64,000 nt of DNA, taken from Octopus vulgaris. Lineage: Eukaryota. A model generated the notes under the pieces. The model searched no databases. It had not been told where the DNA came from and worked only from the letters and a program-made list of their open reading frames with translations. Shown here in pieces: positions 13,776 to 28,025 of the stretch. Positions within the stretch are counted from its first letter, which is position 1, and each line of letters starts with the position of its first letter. Both the position numbers and the translations under genes were made by a program. The DNA lies in NCBI GenBank assembly GCA_951406725.2, contig OX597815.1, positions 204,848,001-204,912,000 of the forward strand, given 5' to 3'.

Positions 13776-14269
13776 GTAAAAGAGAGTCGTTAAGATAAAG
13801 TAATTGTCATGTACCGGAGTCGACGGTATGGAATCACCTCTTTCACTGAAAATTGCCGGCTTTCTATCCAGGACCTCTGGGAAATCAATGTATTGGTCCC
13901 TATAGCATTTATTTAATGACAGCTAGCCACAGCCTACGTTGATCAGAATTGTGTCTCTAAACCTGTTAGACCACCGAGCAACTGTGCAGTGTTCAGTGTG
14001 CTCTTACCATTAGACTACTCTACTTGTATCTAAATCAGAAATCAAATGTGTGTAAGACGGTGATCTAGCAGAATCGTTATTTCGTCTTCACGTTCTAAGT
14101 TCAAATTCCGCCAAGGTCGACTTTGCCTTTCATCCTGTCGGAGTCGATAAATCAAGTACCCGTTGAATATTAGGATCGATGTAATCGACTCATGCCCTCC
14201 CCAAAATTCCTGCTCTTTTGGCAAAATTTGAAACCACTATATGTATGCGTGTATATAATGTATTTGTCT

Positions 14270-14700
14270 ACCTATTTTTTAATCATTCACAAAGCAATTA
14301 TTTCTATAGGGATTCGTTTCTGATGTCTGTCCCCACATTCTCGTAATCACTATTCCTAAGATTTTAGATTTAGATAATTCTCAACTTCTTTTAGAGATAT
14401 GTTATCCATTGTTTGAACCGAGAGTTTGATTAGCGGTCAGTCTCTCTCTCTTTATTGTCTTTGACACCAATATCCGGCCGATTAACATTGAACTCCTCGT
14501 CTGTCTGGATTGGTATTTCCCAGAGCATGATCGCTTTTTGTCTTCTCTCTGAGACCTCTTAGTTAATTATACTTATACCAGTTCGGCTGTTGTTATTTCA
14601 TGTTGGCACAATTGCCGGAGTACGAGTGACCATCTGGGCAACATATAATGCTGACATTGGGCAACTAGAGATTGGGCATCTATATAAAGCTAAGATTGGG
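14270..14700 (-). mobile_element. Older R4/Dong-clade 3' relic
   Basis: Minus strand translates to MLWEIPIQTDEEFNVNRPDIGVKD and ITRMWG with stops and frameshifts. Abuts (CAT)n(TAT)n. Confidence 0.65.
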
Positions 14701-14703
14701 CAA

Positions 14704-14787
<84 letters not shown>

Positions 14788-15145
14788 GAGGCTGACAGGC
14801 AGAATCGTTAGCACTCTGGACAAAATGCTCAGCGATATTTCGCCCGTAGCTACGTTGTGAGTTCAAATCCTGCCGAGGTCGACTTTGTCTTTCATCCTTC
14901 GGGGTCGATAAATTAAGTACCAGTGAAACAATGGGGGTCGATGTAATCGTCTAGTCCCCTCCCTCCAAATTTCAAGCATTGTGCTTTAGTTTGTCCCCTC
15001 TATGTTTAGCCCCTTGTGGATAATAAAGAAATAGGTATTTCGTCTGCCGTTACATTCTGAGTCCGAATTCAGATGAACATTGGGGTCGATATAATCGACT
15101 TAACCCTTTCCCCAAAATTGCTGCGTTTGGGACAAAATTTGAAAC

Positions 15146-15185
<40 letters not shown>

Positions 15186-15750
15186 GCAGAATCGTTAGCA
15201 TGCCGGGCGAAGTGCTTAGCGGCATTTCGTCCGTTTTCACGTTGTGAGTTCAAATTCCGCCAAGGTCGACTTTGCCTTTCATCCTTTCGGGGTCGATGAA
15301 TTAAGTACCAGTGGAATACTGGGATCGATATAATCGACTTAATCCGTTTCTCTGTCCTTGTTTGTCTCCTCCGTGTTTAGCCCCTTGTGGGTTGCAAAGA
15401 AATAGGTATTTCGTCTGTCCTATGTTCTGAGTTAAATTCCACCGAGATCGATTTTACCTTTCATCCTTTCGGAGTCGATAAAATAAGTTCCAGTTGCGTA
15501 CTGGGATCGATCTAATCGACTGGACCCTTCCCCTAAAATTTCATACCTTGTGCCTAGAGTAGAAAAGATTATTAAGTCGGCGAGCTAGCAGAATCGTTAG
15601 AGCCTGGATGCACATTCATGCATCCGTCGATGCTCTCGGTGTCGGGGGTTGACCTGCTTTCTCTTCTGCGGGTCTTACGAATAGCAAAGGACCACGTCTC
15701 GGACTTAACCCTTTCCCCAAAATTGCTGCGTTTGGGACAAAATTTGAAAC

Positions 15751-15802
<52 letters not shown>

Positions 15803-16720
15803 GCAGAATCGTTAGCATGCCGGGCGAAGTGCTTAGCGGCATTTCGTCCGTTTTCACGTTGTGAGTTCAAATTCCGCCAAGGTCGACTTTGCCTTTCATC
15901 CTTTCGGGGTCGATGAATTAAGTACCAGTGGAATACAGGGATCGATATAATCGACTTAACCCTTCCTTAAAATTTCGGGCCTTGTGCCTATAGTAGAAAG
16001 AATTATTATTTCATGAAAACTCACAGCTTATTTTGCTGGGTAGGATGGAAAGTGTTAGCTGTCCACAGCCAGCAGGCTAAGGTGACACTGGTTTACTGGT
16101 CGTGCTTCAAGAACCCTGCGAATCGACTTGTCCCTCCCCTAAAATTTCAGGCCTTGTACCTATAGCACACACACACGCACACACACACATACACACACAT
16201 ACACACACACACATACACACACATACACACAAAAAACATGTTCCTGCTCCAGTTCAAGTCAAAGGTTTTCAGGTTGACTTTGTCTTTCATCCTTCCGGGG
16301 TCGATAAATTAAATACCAGTGAAACATTGGGGGTCGATGTAATCGTCTAGTCCCCTCCCTCCAAATTTCAAGCATTGTGCTTTAGTATAAAAGGATTATT
16401 ACTGTTATTGGTAAAACGCACATCGCATCGTTAGTCTGTTCATATATGTCAAAAGAATTTTGTTGCATATCATTTGTTAAAGACGACCAGAAAACATAGG
16501 ATTGTTTTCAAATCTGTACCCCTTAGGGACACAGATTTGAAAAGAATATTTTAAAATTATGTTTGAAAACATTTTCTGAAATGATGCCAAATGTAATTAT
16601 GAAACGCTTGTGATTATGAATCGTAGAAGACCAAGAAACCATGTCTGCGGAAAAATTGACCATCTCAGAAGGGCCTCACTGATGCCGATACTATCGCTTC
16701 AACAACAGCAGCAACAGCAA

Positions 16721-17105
16721 GTAGAGGCGCAATGGCCCAGTGGTTAGGACAGCGGGCTCGCGGTCGGAGTATCGCGTTTCGATTCCCAGACCGGGCGTTG
16801 TGTGTGTTTATTGAGCGAAAACACCTAAAAGCTCCACGAGGCTCCGGCAGGGGGTAGTGGCGACCCCTGTTGTACTCTTTCGCTCCAACTTTCTCTCACT
16901 TTTCCTTCCTGTTTCTTGTCCCCCAACTTCCTACGCAATCGCTGAGCCTGGATGCGCATTCATGCATCCGTCGATGCTCTCGGTGTCGGGGGTTGACCTG
17001 CTTTCTCTTCTGCGGGTCTTACGAATAGCAAAGGACCACGTCTCGGACTTCTCCCACTGGGACGAAGACCGCTTCGCTCAACAAACAAACAAACAAACAA
17101 ACAAA
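16721..17105 (+). mobile_element. SINE with family A head and an unrelated 3' half
   Basis: Matches family A to about 16918, then a different body and a (caaa)n tail. Confidence 0.8.
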
Positions 17106-17465
17106 AGCAGCAACAGCCACAATTTGCAACAACAGAAGCAGTAGCGACAGTAGTAGCAAGGAAAAAATACGAGAGCAACGATAACCCCCCCCCCCCCTTT
17201 GGACCAACATCAACAATAGCAACAACAGCAAAAGCAACTACGACAACACCTACAAACGTTTGTAAAGCTGTAAAAAGCAGCAACAGTTGCACAAAGAATA
17301 TTAGCATCAAATGCATTAGCAGTTGCAACTGAGGTGGCGGAGAAACTGAGTGTTACAAAAATAATCCGGATATCTCAACCCTCTCTCCTTCCTCTTCTCT
17401 CCTTCCTCTTCTCTCCTTCCTCTTCTCTCCTTCCTCCTACATGCACACTCATGAACACACACACA

Positions 17466-17497
<32 letters not shown>

Positions 17498-18192
17498 TAC
17501 AAACACACACAAAAAACATGTTCCTGCTCCAGTTCAAGTCAGAGGTTTTCAGGCTAAACGTCAGGTTAGGGGGAGTGGAAAACAAGAAAAGCAAAAACAG
17601 AAATACGAAACAACACCTGCTCCACGTCGACTTCAAACAGCGCTAAATTCGCATCAAAAAATACGTCATCGCTATTACCATTTCCACCAAAAGCAACAAA
17701 ACAAAACAAAAAAATACAAACGAAACAACAAGGAACAATTAAGCGGAAAAAAAAAAACAGCAGACAAAAGCGCAAATCGAATAACAACCAGAACAATATG
17801 CTAGTAAGGAGAAAAAGAAAGAACTGCTTTCTTACATAGCATAAAAAGGAAACATGGAGAGAAAGAGAGAGGGAGCAAGAGAGAGAGAGAGAGCAAGAGA
17901 GAGAGAGAGCAAGGAAGACTTTCATTAAAAGCACAGAGAAAGCCTCGAAGGATCTGAAACTGGAAAGTCTGCCAACAGATAGGAACATGAAATTGATTTT
18001 TAACCGAAAGAGAGTTTCCCTCATGACGTTGGGTATCCAAGCGTCATAGCCTTGAGCAGGCTATTTCAGGTTTTCCCCATAGAACTGCATACAGAGAAAA
18101 GATTTTGAAACACACGATTGCCTACAGAAAATTATTATTATTACCTATTAAGGTAGATGACCTCTTTCCTTCTTCCCTTCTTCCTTACCAAC

Positions 18193-19740
18193 ATGGCAGC
18201 CTTAAGAGTGGGAAGTATAAATATACGTGGCCTGGAGTCACCTTGGAAACAAGGGTCTTCTCAAAGACATCAGGTCATTAGCTTTGGATGGATTACCTGT
18301 CAGCGAGGCCAGGATTTCTAACACATGTGCTACAGGATCCGTATATGATGACTTGACGAAGTGCACATCACTGAACCGATCTGGCAGAGGAGTCCGAGAG
18401 AGAGTATTGTTTCGGAAAGGCCTGGGTTTCGAGATACGGCCGATCTTCCTGAATTCGAACAGTAAGTTAGTGATCCTAGACGTGAACAAGAGGAGGTGGT
18501 GTCTTTAGACCACAGAGCTAACAAAAATGAGTAGTACCTGTATTTCAAAGGGCTATCTTTGTCACATTTCCTTAGAATTACGTTACGGGTACACACGAGC
18601 AGGCTGTTCGGTTAATCGGATCAACTGGAACCCTCATCATCGTAACTGATGGAGCGACTGTAGATTTGAGTGGGGTGGGACGGCCGAATTTCTTCAGGGG
18701 TCTGGAAATTTTCCTGAGAAAGTCCCGCTCTTTAGTACTAGTAGAGGATTAGAATGCCATCATGGTTGTATGTGTGGATTGTGTAAGGGCCAACTGATAG
18801 GAGAGGAGAGTTGTAAAAGCCTCGCAAGCCTGCTCTCACGCCTCCAACTGGCTGATAGATAGATACTGACTGAATTTTCTGAATGTGTCATTCGGCATGT
18901 AAAAAGTATCAGGTTATCCAGGCCATATCAAGATCAAGTTTTCTACAGGCCGGCAGACAGGAATAACACAGATTGTCTACAATTCAAATTGACCGGCTTC
19001 ACAGACTACAAATTTATGACACATACGGTCGACCTAGATATAGTGCATAGACAAGGATACGTTTACTAGAATATGAACGCGTTTTTTCGACGTGCCAATA
19101 CGATCAGTCACTGTTCCATTATGGCATTCTCTAGAGGATTAGTGGTGGGTAAGAGCGACGACATCCTCTGGAAAACTCTGGACGTCGATCAAAATCACTC
19201 ACTAGACTTTTTCGGAGGACTTTCGAACCGGGGCTCATGAATAATTTCCAGAAATCCCTGGCCTGCCAATGCTACCGGGGAGCATTATCGGCTTAGGATA
19301 AACTCAACAGGTATGGTTGTGCCTTCAGCTGGGCCTACCTGACATGCACGCATATCGACCAAACTGTCCTGCGCACGCTCGTACAGTGCTCAAGGACTGC
19401 TGACTTATGGAGTAGTGTCGAACAGCTGCTGCCATGTGTGAGATGGATCCGGCTATCGGCCAGGTCCATCATGAAGATCGCCCCGCCGACACCTTTTGGC
19501 CGGTAAGGGAAAACAGTTTTTCTTTGACCGATGGCTATGACGAAAGAGACTGCGTGAAGGACGACAATGAAAGGACTGAAAACGGATACTTTCCTTTTCG
19601 GTAAGGCCACGTCGACATTTTTAGATTCGTTTGGAAAGGAAGGTGAGGTTTGAGAGGGGGTGTGCTCTCGCCAATAAGTTGAGGGGGGGTGCTCTCGCCA
19701 AAAAGGGGTGAATGCGGCGAGGATGGTCCGAATGATCGAA
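18193..19740 (+). mobile_element. Degenerate, internally deleted L1/Tx1-like ORF2 relic
   Basis: Starts MAALRVGSINIRGL (APE endonuclease N-terminus). Near 19360 there is a zinc-knuckle-like remnant. Many stops; carries a SINE tail insertion near 18575-18660. Confidence 0.6.
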
Positions 19741-19825
19741 TCTACAACTAGTCGATGTAAGCAACATGTACCCTCCTCACCAAATTTCAGGCCTTGTGCC
19801 TTCAATAGAAAGGATTGTTATTGTT

Positions 19826-19864
<39 letters not shown>

Positions 19865-21139
19865 ACTGAAGGTGGCGAGCTGGCAGAATCGTTAGCATGG
19901 CGGGGAAAATGCTTAGCGGCATTTCGTCAGTCTTGATGTTCTGAGTTCAAATTCCACCGGAGTCGACTTTGTCTTTAATCATTTCGGGGTCGATAAAACA
20001 AGTACTAGCTAAATATTGAGGTCGTTATAATTGACAACCCTCCTCCCTCGCAACTACCGGCCTTGCGCCAAATTTTAAAATTATTATTATTATTATCGTT
20101 ATTACTGAAAATAATGAGCTGGCAGAATCATTAACACATCGGACAAAATGCTTAGCGGCATTTCGGTCTGAGTTCGAAAGCCACCATAGTCGAGTTTGCT
20201 TTTCATCATTTTGAGGTCGATGCAATAAGTTACAGTCGATCACTAGGGTCGATGTAATCGACTAGCTCCCTCCCGAGCAATTTCAGGTCTTTCAGAAAAA
20301 AAAAAGATTTATTGTTGTTGTTGAATTTATCTATTTATCTTCCGGAGACGCACAAATTTCACGAAGCCCCGCTTTGTTGTTTTCTTTCATGTTTAGCTAA
20401 TAAATAAGAGTTGTTTTTTTCTTCGTTTCAGTCAGCAAAAGACTTTTAAATGCATGGACTTTTCTACTCTGGGCACAAAGCCCGAAATTTTGGGAGAGGG
20501 GACCAGTCGATTAGATCGACCCCAGTACGTAACTGGTACTTAATTTATCGACTCCGAAAGGATGAAAGGCAAAGTCGACCTCGGCGGAATTTGATCTCAG
20601 AACGTAGCCGCAGACGAAATACTGCAAAGCATTTCGCCGGCGTGGTAACGTTTCTGCCAGCTCGCCGCCTTCTTTTAAATGCATGAACGTCCATCCCAAT
20701 AACCTGAGGAGAAAGAGAATGTTTAGCCATTTTTATTGGGTACACATATTTTTGCAACCAACTATTTCGCTTTGTTTCCAAAACATAAAAAACGGATGTT
20801 AAAAAAAAAGTTTAAAAGATGAGAATGTAACACTCGAAGAGAAGTTACAATTCGAAGACTACAACAGTAAAGAAACGAGTGAGATTGGGAAAATACGAAC
20901 GTAAATAACAATAACTGAAGCAACACAAACGGCAACGAGAGCAAAACTTTTTCTAGTGTTGCATGCGGAAAGAAGTACCACTTGGCAAAAGAAAAGCGCG
21001 AGTAAGCTGTATCTTACAAAAAGGAGTACCTCATTCGCTGATGAATTTAGCAAAGGAGTGATGAGAACGAAAGGCTGAAACTTTCATATGTTCTCTAAAG
21101 GTTTTGATGTCAGTACTCCTGCATTTGATATTAGACTCC

Positions 21140-21533
21140 TGGAGGCGCAATGGCCCAGTGGTTAGGGCAACGGACTCGCGGTCGTAGGATCGCGGTTTCA
21201 ATTCCCAGACCGGGCGTTGTGAGTGTTTATTGAGCGAAAACACCTAAAAGCTCCCCGAGGCTCCGGCAGGGATGGTGGTGATCCCTACTGTACTCTTTCA
21301 CCACAACTTTCTCTCACTCTTACTTCTTGTTTCTATTGTACCTGTATTTCAAGGGGCCGGCCTTGTCACTCTCTGTGTCACGCTGAATATCCCCGAGAAC
21401 TACGTTAAGGGTACACGTGTCTGTGGAGTGCTCAGCCACTTACACGTTAATTTCACGAGCAGGCTGTTCCGTTGATCGGATCAACCGGAACCCTCGTCGT
21501 CGTAATCGACGGAGTGCTTCCAAAAAAAAAAAA
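21140..21533 (+). mobile_element. tRNA-derived SINE (family A), full length
   Basis: Near-identical to 12689-13076; A-rich tail. Confidence 0.9.
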
Positions 21534-22611
21534 TTAAGACCAATAACAAAGCAAGAAAAATGGCAGAACCCACAGACTGGATTCTTCAGTACATGGGGAA
21601 AACAAAGACAAGGGTCATGACCAGAAATATTGGTACTGATGTTGTAACTTGGCTTGTCTTCCATTTTGCGACACGATGCGAGCAGATACCGAAGAAGTGA
21701 CTTGCAACCAAATGTGATCAGATGGGTTCTGCATTGACACCCAAGTCAAGAATAACTGAAGACCACAAGACTACCTTGGAGTGGGAGTGAAGAGGCAGTC
21801 AATCAGGCTGATTTTTCAGAAAAGAAGGTCTAATTGTTATACGAGTTGGAGTACGACCCTCATGAAGGTCTTCTGCCCATAAGGAGAAAGGAAGACAGCA
21901 GCAGATGTAGTAGCTCTAATAGCCTCTCTACTCTAGAAGTTCATCATTCTTCTTACATCCACCTTGTATTTATCTTCCTTATACATTGCAAGAGCTGTGC
22001 ACAGTTCTTGTATAAACAAACATATCAACAGATATTCCATAGCTTGCGGATCTGTGTCACAGCAACATATGGTGCCGTTGGAGGAGCGATAACACTATCT
22101 GTTGAGCATCTTAAAATATTGTTGGCTCTATCAATTGTACAATCGCCTTTCATAATAAATAATGCAGAGAATTTTAACTTCATTATCTGCTTAAAGCATA
22201 GAAAAAATATTAAAAAAAAAACAAACGAGGAAATAATAAGCTCTCTATTGCAATCTCTAGAATTAACATCCAAATATCCTTTAAATGATAAATGATACAC
22301 TACTATCTCCTATACACTGTCTAAAAAATTATCATGCCTCTTGGATTATAGTTATATTTGTTCGGGGTTAACCTGGGTCTAAACGGCAGCATCGCCAACG
22401 ACAGGAACAATAGCAAAAACAATTGCAAATCAAGTCAGTTTTAATGAAAAATTCCCTTATCAACTTTCCAGACGACGTTTTTAATAGTATTTACAAAACT
22501 ATTTGCAAGAACTGGAGGCCGAGACCAAGAATCGGTTTTGGCTTTGGTTCTTGCGTATGCCATTCTCCAACTTCTATCATGGTGCTGGCGTATGGCTTAT
22601 TTAGTTACTCA

Positions 22612-22814
22612 TCTCTCTTTTACTTGTTTCAATCATTTGACTGTGGCCATACTGGAGCACCGCCTTTAGTCGAGCAAATCGATCCCAGGACTTATTCTTT
22701 GTAAGCCCAGTACTTATTCTATCGCTCTGTTTTGCCGAACCGCTGAGTTACGGGGTCGTAAACATACAGCATCGGTTGTCAAGCGATGTTGGGGAAACAA
22801 ACACAGACACACAA

Positions 22815-22908
<94 letters not shown>

Positions 22909-23070
22909 GACGGGTTTCTTTCAGTTTCCGTCTACCAAATCCACTCACAAGGCTTTGGTCGGCCCGAGACTATAGTAGAAGACACTTGCCCAAGGGGCCA
23001 CGCAGTGGGACTGAACCTGGAACCATGTGATTCGTAAGCAAGGTACTTACCACACATCCACACTTGCGCC
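22612..23070 (-). mobile_element. tRNA-derived SINE family B (CORE-like segment, internal TA/TG microsatellite)
   Basis: Head, ccttgggcaagtgtcttc segment, internal microsatellite, tail gctccagcatggccgcagtcaaatgactgaaacaagtaaaag. Other copies near 5080-5210, 13192-13775, 26641-26960, 44390-45065 and 63338-63560. Confidence 0.85.
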
Positions 23071-24564
23071 TATGGCACTTATGTGTAACAGGATGAAGTA
23101 TTTCATGACAAAATTAATGATATTGTGTTGCAAATGTCGTTTAAAGTTAAACATTCAATAAACGAATAAGAATACAATACGTTGTGAATTCGTTGCATAA
23201 TAATGGTTTCAAATTTTGGCACAAGGCCAGTAATTTTAGGAGAAGGGTAAGTTGATTATATCGACCTTAATGCTCACTTATTCTATCGACCCTGAAAGGA
23301 TGAAAGACGAAGTCGACCACGGTAGAACTTGAACTCAGAATGTAAAGACGGTCAAAATGCCACAAAACATTTTGCCCGGCGTGTAAACGTTGCTAGCAGC
23401 TCACCTATTTCTTTACTACCCACAAGGGGCTAAACACAGAGAGGACAAACAAGGACAGACAAACGGATTAAGTCGATTATATCGACCCCAGTGTGTAATT
23501 GGTACTTATTTAATCGACCCCGAAAGAATGAAAGGCAAAGTCGACCTCGGCGGAATTTGAACTCAGAACGTAGCGGCAGACGAAATACCGCTAAGCATTT
23601 CGCCCGGCGTGCTAACGATTCTGCCAGCTCACCACCTTACATAATAATGCATAGTAATGTCAAGCAGATTGTCCACAATATAAGGTTTCTGCTGTCTAGT
23701 TTTATATGTAGGTCAGATAAACAAACTCAGCCGTAACTTAATATTTATTTAAGCAATATCTCTATGAAGCAAACAAACCCAACTGCACTAAAACTACAAA
23801 CTGGGCACAAAAAAATAAATAGGTCACATAGCAAGATACATTTTAGCTGCATTATAATCGATTATTTAACATTTCAACATTTTCATTTTGAATGAAACCT
23901 TTCTCTGCTTTTTCTTATGGAAGTTTTTTTTCATATCTTTATCTTTAAATTGGCACCATTAAATGAGATAGCATAAAGTATTTGGCTTGTATTTCCAATC
24001 TCAGCCTTCAACTCGTATCCTTGATTTTCATTACCAGAACGGAATTCCTTCAGACGTAAAAGTATAATCGGCATAAGTGAGTTAAGAACGCTTTATTCTT
24101 AGAAAAGACTATTAATAGAAAATTCTCTTAATCTCTTCTCTATCACTCATTCTTTCTTTCTCTCCGTCTCTCTCAGCGTCTTATTCTGAAAGGTATCAGC
24201 TGATGTCAAACCTGGAATAGTGTGGGCTCCGTCACGTCTAAAAATGCCCGAGACTCGCCGTATGTCTCGACGGCACCTCTACGATTCCACGAAAAATAGT
24301 TGAAAATTTGAACTCAGAACACAAAGACCTGCAGCTGGGGCCATAGCCACCGCTCCCGACTAAGTAATAAGAAAGATAATCATGCAACTCAATTAGAAAT
24401 ATATAAAGATCTGTCACATCTTACAAGAACAACAAGCGTGGTGAGCTGACCAAATTATTAGAGCGTTGGAAAGTGCTAAGTGATATTTCTTCCGTCTTTT
24501 TACGTCCTGAATTCAAATCACATCGAAATCAACTTTACCTTTCATCCCACTATAAAATTAAGCA

Positions 24565-25131
24565 TTGGGTTGTCCGGAAAGTTCGTGCCGATTTTTAAAG
24601 GAAAGAAAACGGTCAATAAATACTTGCCATTACATATTTAATCAACCAGATATGAACCATTTTATTGCACAATGCGTTTCCATCTTTCCTTTAACTTGAA
24701 AATACCCTCTTCCCAGAATTGAGGTGGTTTCATGGCAAAGAATTCATCAAGGTATCTTTTTTACGTTATCCTAGAAATTGAAATTTTTACCATTAAGACT
24801 ATTCTGCAGAGACCTGAATAAGTGGAAATCCGAAGGAGCAATATCTGGTGAATACGGAGGGTGGGGTAACACATCCCTGCCGAACTGCAGCAATTTTTGT
24901 CTGGTTCCCAAAGCATCAAGTGCCAAGAATGGACTTTCTTATCTTCCACTTTAAAGGGTTACAAAATTTACACAGGTTATAGGAACATAAACCTTCTTCC
25001 ACAAAAAGATAGCTTAAACTGTGCTCTAAATGGAGGTGTAGTCAAATCCTATTTTATGGACTCAACCATGTTCTAGAATAAGTCGAAAGGTAAGCTACTA
25101 TAAATCGGCATGAACTTTCCGGACAACCCAA
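24565..25131 (-). mobile_element. Non-autonomous, internally deleted mariner (about 567 bp)
   Basis: TIR ttgggttgtccggaaagttc..gccgattt at both ends. N-terminal MEDKKVH..LMLWE is fused to the C-terminal YSPD region. Same structure as 47924-48489. Confidence 0.92.
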
Positions 25132-25371
25132 TACTTGTCAAATACTGAGGTCCTCTTTTCAAAACTGCTGGCCTTGTACTTAATTGTTACAAGAACAGCT
25201 ATGATTTTATTTACCGTCTACATTTTTTTACGCACTCTAATTTTTCAACACCTCGAAAATCATTCAACATATCCGTCTCTACTCCAAATGTATTTCCCTT
25301 CGCTAGCCTTAGGTCATTAAAAATATGCACAAGACCATATATTCTACTTCTTGATCTTGAGTCTTATAGGA

Positions 25372-25407
<36 letters not shown>

Positions 25408-25489
25408 CATAGAGAGAGAGAGAGATAGACAGACAGATAGACAGACAGGTAGATAGATAGATAGATAGATAGATAGATACATAGATAGA

Positions 25490-25520
<31 letters not shown>

Positions 25521-25542
25521 GCAGATAGACAGACAGACAGGC

Positions 25543-25641
<99 letters not shown>

Positions 25642-25913
25642 CATTTGTTCCGTCGATGAATAAGTTAGAGACCACAGTCTCATAAAACTCTTTCTTCACG
25701 CTTGAACCATTAATACTACTTTATTTTATTTCGCAAACTCTTCACAAAACCCTTTCCCCCTGCGAACAACATCCTTCTGGAATTCCTGTGGACGTAGATC
25801 TACCATTGACATAAAACTAGACATGAATATCACCGGTCTTAGAGAGCCTGAAAATGTCAGTAGTGTTGACCCTTCTTCTTCTGGTTAAGTTAAAAAACTA
25901 AAATAATATGCGT

Positions 25914-25951
<38 letters not shown>

Positions 25952-25955
25952 TATA

Positions 25956-26348
25956 TCTCTCCATATATAAAGCTGAAGTTGTTTGTGTATGGCAGGTTTG
26001 GTAGCCTTCAACTAACAGTATCTCCTCCGAGACCCTGCGGCGCAAGTTGACCAAAAGTGAAATTATGATAGAAGAAGGCTTGCTCTTCCTTCTGTAGAAG
26101 AAAAAATTCAGATCGGACCATGTTAACACCAAAAAGTATTTACATCAAAAAGGTGCTTTTTTTCTATGAAAATCCCTATTTTATAGGATTATTTTGTCTG
26201 CTGTGTCGCCATTTTTTGGTGTATTTCAACCAGAAAAATGTTCACTTAAAGAGAATAACAAGCTACATAATGCAAACTTTTTACTTTTCAAAAATTCCAA
26301 TTCTAAAGGGTCAAAACAAGCCCGAGCAACGCCGTGCGATAGTGCTAG
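25956..26348 (+). mobile_element. Non-autonomous Helitron, second family
   Basis: A|TC..atatataaagctg 5' end; cccgagcaacgccgtg hairpin; CTAG|T 3' end. Confidence 0.8.
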
Positions 26349-26359
26349 TTATATATATA

Positions 26360-26449
<90 letters not shown>

Positions 26450-27370
26450 AATTTGCCATGATGATTCGGTTTCTGACTGAAGATTGAAGGCTTCGAATGA
26501 CTTGTCTGTTTTCCGTGTTCGTCCATTCGTGTATTTCACGTTCTTTATATATAAATTTTTATTGCTATATTATTGCAGCGTACGTGCACCACTCCCTTAT
26601 GTTTGTCATATATATATATATATATATATAAATATATATAGGCGCAGCGCGGCTGTGTGATAAGTAGTTTGGTTCCTAACCTCATGGTTCCGGGTTCAGT
26701 TCCAGTGCGTGGCACCTTGGGCAAGTGTTTTCTACTATAGCCTCGGAGTGGATTTGGTAGGCGGAAACTGAAAGAAGCCCGTCGTATATATCTTTATATG
26801 TATATATTTGCGTGCGTGTGTGTGACTGTGCTTGTTCTTCCACCATCGCTTGACTACCCATGCTGGTGTGCTTACGTCCGAATAAGTCCTGGGATCGATT
26901 TGTTCGGCTAAAGGCGGTGCTCCAGCATGGCCGCAGTCAAATGACTGAAACAAGTAAATAAATAAATGAATATCTTTAGTATATCCTGCTCCTTTCTATT
27001 TTGATACCTATTATTTGTGTAATTTTAACGATTGCTTCTTTCCTCTTCCTGAGTTATGTTTGCTCTTCGTCCACGGCTTTCCTGTCCCTGTCGGTTGTTT
27101 CAACTTCTAACTTCCAGTCAACAACAGAGCCTCTTGGGGTCGATGAATTAAGTACCAGTTGATTACTGGAGTCGATCAAAAAAACTTCTGGCCTTGTGCC
27201 TAGAGTAGAAAAGATTCGACGCACTCCAGTGTTCTTACCCAAAGGAAGAACAATTGGACGATATATAATACTAGTTAGATAAACCACATAGAACTGATGG
27301 AATATCATAATATGATTAATCATACATAGGTCTGCCAAGACTGACATGGGGACGAAACAAGAACAATGTA

Positions 27371-27378
27371 GAACAACA

Positions 27379-27437
<59 letters not shown>

Positions 27438-27472
27438 AACTACTACTACTACTGCTGCTACTGCTACTACTG

Positions 27473-27518
<46 letters not shown>

Positions 27519-27535
27519 CACTACCACTACTGCTG

Positions 27536-27572
<37 letters not shown>

Positions 27573-27583
27573 CACTACTGCTG

Positions 27584-27667
<84 letters not shown>

Positions 27668-27710
27668 ACTACTACTCCAAATGATGATGATGATGATGAT
27701 GATGATGATA
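27371..27710. repeat. Compound (ACT)n/(GAT)n microsatellite
   Basis: About 300 bp of (act)n with gct/acc variants, then (gat)n. Confidence 0.95.
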
Positions 27711-27903
27711 ATTTGTAATCATCAATCATTCTGATCTGACCTAGATGCTGCCAGATTTTCAGTTTGGAGTTTCATAAGACCGTGGGATCTAACTTCCTTT
27801 TCCTGACTAAACATACATACATTCATACATACATATACACTCTCACACACACGCATGCATACATACATACATACATACATACAAACTTACATACACACGC
27901 ACG

Positions 27904-27950
<47 letters not shown>

Positions 27951-27951
27951 G

Positions 27952-27986
<35 letters not shown>

Positions 27987-28025
27987 GCATACAAATATAC
28001 ATATGCAGCATATATATAAGAGAAA

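Larger units (their letters stand above)
9580..16400 (+). repeat. Dense cluster of family C SINE copies separated by (TTA)n/(CAT)n
   Basis: More than a dozen recognisable cores (gactttgcctttcatcctttcggggtcgat), all on the + strand. Confidence 0.85.

Noticed and set aside
21038-21085. CUGAUGA...GAAAC hammerhead candidate
   Set aside because: No stem II directly closing the core and no convincing stems I or III.
26477-26500. CUGAAGA hammerhead candidate
   Set aside because: Followed by GAAU rather than GAAA, with no proper stems.
27054-27729. Poly-Thr/Ser/Val ORFs resembling a mucin
   Set aside because: Translations of an (ACT)n microsatellite; open in several frames with no splice or domain support.
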